Source of the DNA: Eledone cirrhosa
Lineage: Eukaryota
DNA length: 64,000 nt
Direction: 5' to 3'
Assembly (NCBI GenBank): GCA_964016885.1
Contig: OZ024742.1
Span: forward strand, 71,734,001-71,798,000
Shown here: one piece after another, positions 39,367 through 48,585 of the stretch
Position numbering within the stretch: the first letter of the stretch is position 1
Layout of the letters: every line of letters begins with the position of its first letter
Position numbers and translations under genes: made by a program
Notes under the pieces: generated by a model
Told to the model about the DNA's origin: nothing
The model's input: only the letters and a program-made list of their open reading frames with translations
Database searches by the model: none

Positions 39367-41344
39367 ATAGTTGCTGAGATGCTGAAGGCATCTGGCACGG
39401 TGGGACACACCATGGTCACCCGCATAGTTAACCAAGTCGTACAAAACGGGGTTGTTCCGAAGGACTGGCATAGCAGCATCATCGTTAACTGTTATAAGGG
39501 TAAAGGAGACGCCCTAGATAGGAGTAACTATAGAGGCATTAAATTAATCGACCAGGTCATGAAGGTCACGGAAAGAGTAATAGCGCAGCTAATCAGAGAG
39601 AGAATTGACCTAGATGAAATGCAGTTCGGGTTTGTGTCAGGCAAAAGTACCACAGACGCTCTTTTCATAGTACGACAACTACAAGAGAAGTACCTAGCTA
39701 AAGGTAAACCCCTCTACTTAGCTTTTGTCGACTTGGAGAAAGCCTTCGACAGAGTCCCCCGCTCCATTATCTGGTGGGCTCTTAGAAAACTAGGCGTTGA
39801 CGAATGGCTTGTGAGGGCTATACAAGCCATGTATAAAGAAACAGTCAGCAAGGTTAGAATTAACAACGAATATAGTGAAGAGTTTAGCGTAAAAGTCGGC
39901 GTCCATCAGGGCTCTGTTCTCAGTCCACTACTATTTATTATTGCCCTTCAGGCCATAACAGAGGAGTTCAAGACAGGCTGCCCATGGGAACTCCTATACG
40001 CAGACGACCTGACACTCATAGCGGAATCAATGGCCGAGCTAGAGAAGAAATTCCAAACATGGAAGCACGGCCTAGAGTCAAAAGGACTTAAAATTAACCT
40101 GGCTAAGACCAAAGTACTAGTTTGTAGGAAAGAAAACAAGGCGGCGGTCCCTTCTGGGAAATGGTCGTGCTCGGTGTGTAGGAAAGGCGTAGGTAGAAAC
40201 TCCATTTTATGTCCTAAATGCAAAGTATGGGTGCATAAAAGATGTAGTGGGATCACAGGTAGGCTAACTAAGAACATAGATTTTACATGTGGCCGGTGCT
40301 CTGGTGCAATAAGTAGCAGCAAGTGCCCACAAACTACTAGCTCTTTCAATTGCGCAGAGGGTTCTATAGAAATAGTGGACAGCTTCCGTTACCTGGGCGA
40401 TAAAATCAGCAGTGGGGGAGGGTGCTCTGAAAGTACTGTAGCTAGAGTCAGAACTGGTTGGAAAAAGTTCAGAGAGCTTATACCACTATTAGCTGCTAAA
40501 GGGTTCTCACTAAAAATGAAAGGCAGGTTGTACGATGCCTGCATACGAACAGCAATGCTGCATGGCAGTGAGACCTGGGCATTGTGTGCAGAGGATATAC
40601 GCAGACTAGAGAGGAACGAAGCTTGCATGCTCCGCTGGATGTGTAACAGTAATATACGTGAACGGCAAAGCATAAACGAACTAAGGAATAAATTAGAGAT
40701 AAGAGGGATCAGATGTTGTTTACTCGAGAGAAGGCTACGTTGGTATGGACACGTGATGCGCATGAAAGTCGATAGCTGTATAACAAAGTGCAGGGCAATA
40801 AAGATAGACGGTAGTCACGGAATAGGCAGACCTAGAAAAACCTGGGACGAGCTGATAAACTCCGACATCACACACTTACACCTCTCCAAGACAATGTCAC
40901 TGGACCGAGACCTTTGGCGGTACTCAGTAACAGAGAAGACCCGCCTTACCTAAATATATAGTAAAACCTACTCCAGCCAGTAGGCATCTCTAACAAATAC
41001 ACCCCGTCCCACCACCCCCACCCGATCCACACCACCCCGTTCTATGTAAAGTTATGTTGGTGCCACGCCATCGAGGCCGAAACAAATGAGATCGTGTAGG
41101 TGTCACGACAAAAAAACACACAGTCCACGCTGTAATGTGGCCGTGTAGGCAACACGGTAAAAACCTCCCAGACCCACACTGTAAATGTGGTTGGTGTTAG
41201 GAAGGGCATCCAACTGTAGAAAACCTGCCAGACAGTCCTATGCGAGCAAGACAATCACTCTTGCCTCAAGTGGGACTACCCCCGTCCAAACCCATGCAAG
41301 CGTGGAACACGGACGTTAAACGCTGATGATGATGATGATGATGA
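39367..41344 (+). mobile_element. RTE-clade LINE, 5'-truncated, uninterrupted ~530-aa RT + PHD-like finger + C-terminus, 3' UTR and (GAT)n tail
   Basis: ORF 39319..40953: YKGKGD...NYRGI, QFGF, AFVDLEKAFDRV, GVHQGSVLSPLLF, LLYADD, FRYLG, RRLRWYGHV, GRPRKTW; the N-terminal YI run is flanking microsatellite. Confidence 0.95.
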
Positions 41345-41638
41345 TACATATGTGTATATATAAATATATATACATATATGTATATGTGTATATATATACA
41401 TATATGTATATATATATAATTAAGTTAAAAATGTACATCCACATATGTATACTGAAATACTAGTATGCATATGAATATACACACGTATACATATGTAGAT
41501 GTACCAAGTTTTTCACTGGTCACTTTACTGTGAGTGTCCAGCTATTCTGTATGTAAACACACAGACAAACCGGTTTTTAGAGTCATACTGGTTTTTGAGG
41601 AAACACCTTTCCTCTATTCTCCAGAAAGCCAGACAAGG

Positions 41639-41683
41639 AATATTGAACTAGTTTCGTTGTTGTTACAACTCATCAGCAATATT
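41639..41683 (-). ncRNA. type I hammerhead ribozyme motif, inverted copy (sense to POGLUT1 pre-mRNA)
   Basis: Exact reverse complement of the copy 2 core (TCATCAG at 41670-41676). Confidence 0.85.
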
Positions 41684-41927
41684 TACCTATCTTCCGGCCT
41701 TTCTGGAGAATCGTAAAAGCACATATCGTTATATGCTTTTTCTATGAAAATTAGTAGTGGGCAGACTAATTTGCATAGAGCGTGAGTACGTACCGGTTCA
41801 ACGGAGACGATAAAAACAAATAACGAAACGAAATTAAATTAGTAGTCTGCCCACTACTAATTTTCATAGAAAAAGCATATAACGATATGTGCTTTTACGA
41901 TTCTCCAGAAAGGCCGGAAGATAGGTA

Positions 41928-41972
41928 AATATTGCTGATGAGTTGTAACAACAATGAAACTAGTTCAATATT
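41928..41972 (+). ncRNA. type I hammerhead ribozyme motif, copy 1 (G.U variant at base of stem II)
   Basis: AATATTG-CTGATGA-GTTGT(AACA)ACAAT-GAA-ACTAGT-T-CAATATT; predicted cleavage after 41965. Confidence 0.75.
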
Positions 41973-42393
41973 CCTTGTCTGGCTTTCTGGAGAATAGAGG
42001 AAAGGTGTTTCCTCAAAAACCAGTATGACTCTAAAAACCGGTTTGTTTGTGTGTTTACATACAGAATAGCTGGACACTCACAGTAAAGTGACCAGTGAAA
42101 AACTTGGTACATCTACATATGTATACGTGTGTGTATTCATATGCATACTAGTATTTCAGTATACATATGTGGATGTACATTTTTAACTTAATTGTTTAAG
42201 CGTCAGTCATACAAAAGTGAGTTACAAACGAAACAAAATTTAATTTCGTTTCGTTATTTGTTTTTATCGTCTCCGTTGAACCGGTACGTACTCACGCTCT
42301 ATGCAAATTAGTCTGCCCACTACTAATTTTCATAGAAAAAGCATATAACGATATGTGCTTTTACGATTCTCCAGAAAGGCCGGAAGATAGGTA

Positions 42394-42438
42394 AATATTG
42401 CTGATGAGTTGTAACAACAACGAAACTAGTTCAATATT
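42394..42438 (+). ncRNA. type I hammerhead ribozyme motif, copy 2
   Basis: AATATTG-CTGATGA-GTTGT(AACA)ACAAC-GAA-ACTAGT-T-CAATATT: 7-bp stem I, 5-bp stem II, palindromic minimal stem III, GUU triplet; predicted cleavage after 42431. Confidence 0.85.
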
Positions 42439-42859
42439 CCTTGTCTGGCTTTCTGGAGAATAGAGGAAAGGTGTTTCCTCAAAAACCAGTATGACTCTAA
42501 AAACCGGTTTGTCTGTGCGTTTACATACAGAATAGCTGGACACTCACAGTAAAGTGACCAGTGAAAAACTTAGTACATCTACATATGTATACGTGTGTGA
42601 ATTCATATGCATACTAGTATTTCAGTATACATATGTGGATGTACATTTTTAACTTAATTGTTTAAGCGTCAGTCATACAAAAGTGAGTTACAAACGAAAC
42701 GAAATTTAATTTCGTTTCGTTATTTGTTTTTATCGTCTCCGTTGAACCGGTACGTACTCACGCTCTATGCAAATTAGTCTGCCCACTACTAATTTTCATA
42801 GAAAAAGCATATAACGATATGTGCTTTTACGATTCTCCAGAAAGGCCGGAAAATAGGTA

Positions 42860-42904
42860 AATATTGCTGATGAGTTGTAACAACAACGAAACTAGTTCAA
42901 TATT
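42860..42904 (+). ncRNA. type I hammerhead ribozyme motif, copy 3
   Basis: Core identical to copy 2; predicted cleavage after 42897. Confidence 0.85.
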
Positions 42905-43220
42905 CCTTGTCTGGCTTTCTGGAGAATAGAGGAAAGGTGTTTCCTCAAAAACCAGTATGACTCTAAAAACCGGTTTGTCTGTGTGTTTACATACAGAATA
43001 GCTGGACACTCACAGTAAAGTGACCAGTGAAAAACTTGGTACATCTACATATGTATACGTATGTGTATTCATATGCATACTAGTATTTCAGTATACATAT
43101 GTGGATGTACATTTTTAACTTAATTGTTTAAGCGTCAGTCATACAAAAGTGAGTTACAAACGAAACGAAATTTAATTTCGTTTCGTTATTTGTTTTTATA
43201 TATATATATATATATATATA

Positions 43221-43968
43221 ATAACATCAGAGACCTGGGAGTAATTGTGGACAACAATATAAGCTGGGCCACTCATATAAACAGCAAAGTTGATATGGCC
43301 CGCAGAATGTGTTCCTGGATTCTCAGAACATTCCAGTCGAGAGATATCCACACTGTTGTCCTTCTCTTCTCCACTTTTGCCCTACCCCACCTTGAATACT
43401 GTTGTCCACTGTGGTCACCCCACACGAAGCAAAGTATCATGAAAGTTGAAGCACCCCAAAGGTCAATTACAAAAAAAGATAGTTGGTATGACAGGCCTTG
43501 ACTATTGGGGTTGATTAGAAAAGCTCAAACTTTATTCTCTTCAACGTCGCCGTGAGCGCTACATTATCTGTATGATGTGGAAAATATTCCATCAGCTTAG
43601 CCCAAATGATGTTGGCACCATCTTTAGTCTACACCCAAGGCTTGGGCCCCGTGCTATCCGCCCACGACAAAAATCCCACTCGCATCACATAACAACAATA
43701 CGGCACAATTATTTCACCTCAATTGGCCCTGCACTCTTTAACATTACACCAAAACACATCAAAGCAGAAACAGACCCCCATCAAGTTCAAGAAGTCTTTG
43801 GATAAATTCCTTCAAGAAATCCCGGATAAGCCTCCTACACCCGGATATGCCTTCGTAAACAGTAACTCTTTGCTCGAGTGGGCCATGGTGCCCAAACACT
43901 GATTTGTAAGACTTCACCAGGTGGTGCTATTAAGTTAGACATGGCCTGGGCCAATACTGGCCGAAACC
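43221..43968 (+). mobile_element. CR1-like LINE 3' fragment
   Basis: IRDLGVIVDNNISWATHI, PHLEYCCPLWSP, LYSLQRRRERY, GPALFN; flanked by (TA)n. Confidence 0.85.
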
Positions 43969-44016
<48 letters not shown>

Positions 44017-44042
44017 TATATGTATGTATATATGTATATATA

Positions 44043-44158
44043 TAGGAATGAGTAGGACCCCGACGGCTGAGCTCAAGCCGTTTCGACGGCTAATTCTGGA
44101 CTCAGAATTAGCCATCGAAACGGCTTGAGCTCAGCCGTCGGGGTCCTACTCGTTCCTA
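44043..44158. mobile_element. palindromic MITE-like element (56-bp stem, 4-nt loop)
   Basis: Arms 44043-44098 and 44103-44158 are reverse complements with 2 differences; TA at both ends. Confidence 0.75.
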
Positions 44159-44240
44159 TTACCCACTCTACTACCCTAAGTATTGAGTACTTTGGTGCGT
44201 TATGGTCCACCTGGTTCCTTACCACATTTCCTTCATTATA

Positions 44241-44787
44241 TCATCATCATCATCAACGTTTAACGTCCGTGTTCCACGCTTGCATGGGTTTGGACGGGGG
44301 TAGTCCCACTTGAGGCAAGAGTGATTGTCTTGCTCGCATAGGACTGTCTGGCAGGTTTTCTACAGTTGGATGCCCTTCCTAACACCAACCACATTTACAG
44401 TGTGGGTCTGGGAGGTTTTTACCGTGTTACCTACACGGCCACATTACAGCGTGGACTGTGTTTTTTTTTTGTCGTGACACCTACACGACCTCATTTGTTT
44501 CGGACTGGATGTTGTGGTACCAACATAACTTTACATTTAAGGGGGTGGTGTGGATAGGATGGGGTGGGTGGGGGTATTTTGTTAGAGGTGCCTACTGACT
44601 GTAGGTTTCGCTTTGTACTTAGGTAAGGTGGGTCTTCTGTATGACTGTGTAGCGCCAAAGATCTTGGTCCAGTGACATTGTCTTTGAGAGGTGTAAATGT
44701 GTGAGGTTGGAATTTATCAAGTCGTCCCAGGTTTTTCTGGGTCTGCCTACGCCATGGCTACCGTCTATTTTTATCGCCCTGCACTTT
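44241..44787 (-). mobile_element. RTE 3' fragment with (GAT)n tail
   Basis: Reverse complement matches about 40785-41340. Confidence 0.85.
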
Positions 44788-44959
44788 TTTTTATATATAT
44801 ATAGTTAAAACTTGGACGGGAACAAAAACAAAGAGGCAGTACGAATAAGAATTTATTTGAGAGTGGGGGAAGGGGAACGACGTTTCAGGCATAAGCCCTT
44901 CAGGAGAAAAGTGGGTAGGAAGAAAGTTCCTAGGGTGTGTGGGGGAGTGGTGGAAAAAC

Positions 44960-47069
44960 ATTTGTTTTCAACTAGTTTCTGGAATCTTGGAAGAATAGAG
45001 GTAAGAGCACACCTCAAGTCATCTTCAACTGCCAATTTGTTTCTTGCCTTTGATTTGATTGCTAGCATAGCAGAGAACCCGCTCTCACAAAGATAAGTAG
45101 ATGAAAATGGCAGCAACACATGGATCGCCATAGCAGTTATTCTTGGGTAGGACACTTTCATAGAACACCAGAATTCATTCAATTCTTCTGTCTTAAACAA
45201 ATTATTTGCTGTTGAGTCGTTAATTAGTTCAAGGAATTCTTCTTGAGCAGCTTCTGGTACAACTTCCACATCACAAAGAAAGGGATTTCTTGTCAACTCA
45301 AGATTTTGTTGATTTAGAACTGGGAAGTACCTCTAAAACTCATCCTCAAGTTGTGACAGATGCTCAGTTATTTCAAGTTCTGTGGTCATTGGGAGTTGCT
45401 CTCCATTTAGAATAGATGTCATTTTTGGAAACATTATAACATTACCTTGGTGAACACTTTGCTTGTATAATACTAATTTTCCTAGAAAAGCACGGATAGC
45501 ATCTGTATATGACAGAATATTGCAATTTTTCCCTTGCAACTTTAAATTCAAACTATTGAGTATGTCGAAAATGTCAACAAGATAAGCAAGAAGATCAAAT
45601 TGATCATGTTGAAATTTTTCCAGAATATCTTGCTACTTTTACTCTTCAACAAACTTTTTCACCACATTGCGAAGCAAGAAAAACCTTTCCAAAAATTGAC
45701 CAGCTGACAACCAACGGACAGCTGTGTAGTAAAGAAGATTTGTATGCTTTGTTCCCAGGTCATCACAAAGTTGTTTGAACAAACAAGTATTCAGAGCTGA
45801 TGATTTGATAAAATTTACAATTTTGACAATGTCTTTGAAGAAATTATTTAATTTTTGAGGCAATGATTTTGATGCAAGGGCTTCCCTGTGTATGAAGCAA
45901 TGTACTCCTACTACTTGTGGTGCTTTAGCTTTTACCAGTGTTTGAAAACCAGACCTTGATCCAAGCATTGCTGGTGCTCCATCTGTTATGCCTATGAGAC
46001 GTTGCCAAAGAATTCCATGCTTGTCAATAAATGTAGAAATTGATTCCATGACATCAACTGCTTTCGTTGTGCCCTCCAGCGAATGACAGTAAAGAAACTC
46101 TTCTTTCATATGACCATTAAACAAATAGCGACAGAAGACGGAGTTGAGAACACATGGAAACATCAGTTGATTCATCAAGCTGCAATGCAAACCATGGTGA
46201 ATCCTTAATTTGCTCAACGATTTGATCCTTCAAATCTTCCGATATATCATTTATCCTTCGTTTTATCGTGTTATTTGACAAGGATATATCATTTAACTTC
46301 TTTGAAGCACTTTCTCCAACAACAAGTTTAACCATCTCTTTGGCACAAGGCAAAATCAGTTCCTCAGCAATCGTATGTGCCTTCTTTTGTTGAGCAATCA
46401 GATAAGCAACACAATAGGAAGCTTCAAAAATAGTGGTCTCCTGAATTTGGTCTCACTTACATCAAGCTTTTGATTTTTTAAACCATCTGATTTCCTTTTA
46501 AAAAAAGATTCATCTTTTCCAAGTAGTTCAGGATGACATTTTGAAAGATGTAATTTGAGCTTAGAAGGCCTCATAGAGTCATTTCCCAGTACCTTGAAAC
46601 AAGTTACACATTGAGGCAAATCAATATTGTTCTTTTGCATGCAAACAAATCCCATTTGAAGATATGAATCATCATACTTTCTTTTTTTCTGTTTTTCTGA
46701 CATTCAGAAATTCACTAAAATAAATAAAAATAGTTTCTATATCCAGTTTTAAATGAGAAATTTACTAAAATAAATAATATATATCCTGTTATAAAAATAA
46801 GTTTCTTTACTAAGTTTATTTACTAAAACATAAATTGTTATATCCAGATTTAAATAATTATCAAGTGAAGTAAAATCATAATTAGAAAAGGTAGAAAGTT
46901 GATAAAAAGTTGAATATAAAAATTTGAAGTAAGAAAAAGAAAAACTTGTTAGGAAACTACTCTTCTTTTTTATGTATGAAATTTTGTGATTTTTAGTAAC
47001 TTCCATGGCTCCCCCAATAACTTGCTATGGCCCACTGGTGGGCCATGGCCCCCTGGTTGGGAACCAATG
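44960..47069 (-). mobile_element. hAT DNA transposon (Charlie/Buster, ZBED5/ZBED8-like transposase), frameshifted pseudogene; only the 5' TIR is visible
   Basis: KRKYDDSYLQMGF...PQCVTC...SMRPSKL..HL...H (BED-like), ISLSNNTIKRRI, FALQLDESTD, TDGAPAM, HCFIHREAL, VRWLS, LLPFSSTYLCESGFS; terminus CATTGGTTCCCAACC at 47055-47069 flanked by CTCTGGAA. Confidence 0.9.
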
Positions 47070-47472
47070 CTCTGGAAGATGAATCTGAGAACTCAGCCTT
47101 CAGGACCCTCCCAGGAATAAGTGGTGAAGAAAATAATAGCAAACATGCACATGAAAAAACAAACAAATAACAAATGAATACTAGCATTTATTCTTCTCTT
47201 TGGAAATACAATTTTATACATGAGGGTGAGATTGTTTATTTTATAGCCAGGTGCATTACAATTTGTTTTTTTTTTAAGTGCCAGAGAGATGCATAAGACA
47301 ACAAAGCAACCAAACAGAAAATAAATAGAAGTCAAACACACACATCACATCAATCACATTACATACACAACCAAATTCAATGACAAAACATTAGTTGGCC
47401 TATAATGAAGAAACTAATAATTCAGGTTGATACTCTTTATTGATGAAGATGACTTAACCCAGTGGTTAGAGC

Positions 47473-47640
47473 AGCATTTCTAAACCAGTGCTCCCCGGAA
47501 CCCTAGGGTTCCATAAGAGGTTGCTAGGGGTTCCATGAGAAACAGTGATAAATAAGCTAATACATTTTTTAGTAATTTTTGTTTAATTTTATAGATGTAA
47601 TTTTATTATACATGTACAGCATATTGCTGGAAAATCCTTG
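47473..47640 (+). mobile_element. hAT/Charlie-type terminal fragment
   Basis: CAGCATTTCTAAACC...GGAACCCTAGGGTTCC terminus-like sequence; no partner end seen. Confidence 0.45.
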
Positions 47641-47659
47641 GTTATTACAATAAAGACTT

Positions 47660-48585
47660 CAATAGCTGCTCTACTTGGCATTTGTTGATCTGGAGAAAGC
47701 ATTTGACAGAGTCCCCCATGCCATAATCTGGTGAGCTCTAAGAAAACTAGGATTAGATGAGTGGCTTGTGAAGGCTGTACAAGTCATGTATAGAGGAATA
47801 GTTAGCAAAGTTAGGATTACCAATGACTATATTGAAGAATTTAGCATACAGGTAGGTATCCCCTAGAGCTCTGGTCTTAGCTCGCTCTTGTTTCTTATCA
47901 TCCTGTAGGCTATAATAGAGGAAATTAAGACTGGCTGACTGTAGGAACTCCTGTATGCAGATGATCTAACACTTATAGCTGAATCTATGGTAGAATTAGA
48001 GAAGAAATTCCAAATCTGGGAGCATGAACTAGAATCAAAAAGTCAACTTGACAAAGACTAAAATCCTAGTCTTTAGAAAGGAAAACAGGGCCCACATGGT
48101 CTTGCTCAGTGTGCAGGAAAGGAACAGGTAGAAATTCCATTATTTGTCCCAAATGCAAATTATGGGTACACAAAAGATGTAATGGGATCTCAAACAGGTT
48201 AGCAAAGAACATACATTTTATATGTGGTCGATACACAGGTGCAGTAAGTAGCAAGTGACACAAAAAAAAAAGTACCCAGTCCATCTTGCAAGATGGTCCC
48301 GCTGCTAACATGAAAAGGCAAAGCACCCAGTAAGGTGGTCATGCTGGTGATATGATGAAAAAGCCCCCAGTCCACTCAGTTAGATAGTTGTTTTCGTGCC
48401 ACAATAAAAAAGCACTCAGTTCACACTATAACATGGTTTTCATTATAATGGGCATCCAGCCATAGAAACCAAGCCAAACTACAGATTTGTATGAGCAAGA
48501 TGTGGTCACCTAACCTGACTTGTCTCATAATGTGACAACCCATCTAACCTATGCAAGCATGGAAAAATAGACGTATGATGATGAT
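47660..48585 (+). mobile_element. decayed RTE copy (RT, Cys motif, 3' end)
   Basis: LYLAFVDLEKAFDRVP, LLYADD, CSVCRKGTGRNSIICPKCKLWVHKRC with stops. Confidence 0.85.

Larger units (their letters stand above)
41418..43199. mobile_element. hammerhead-ribozyme-bearing 466-bp tandem array (non-LTR retrozyme / Penelope-like pLTR array): inverted copy 41418-41840, direct copies 41843-43199
   Basis: Exact 466-nt period (CTGATGA at 41935, 42401, 42867; near-identical 60-aa spurious ORFs at the same spacing); only a few substitutions between copies; one hammerhead motif per unit; flanked by (TA)n on both sides; no real ORF. Confidence 0.85.

Noticed and set aside
39319-40953. 544-aa ORF as a host gene or autonomous element
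   Set aside because: The ATG and first residues come from flanking microsatellite, and the endonuclease domain is missing; it is a 5'-truncated LINE.
41534-43009. Four near-identical 60-aa ORFs (MSSYSVCKHTDKPV...)
   Set aside because: GTG-initiated, antisense to the hammerhead strand, no recognisable domain; by-products of the repeat unit.
44960-46703. Domesticated ZBED-type gene
   Set aside because: Several frameshifts and stops, and a retained TIR, indicate a dead hAT copy.
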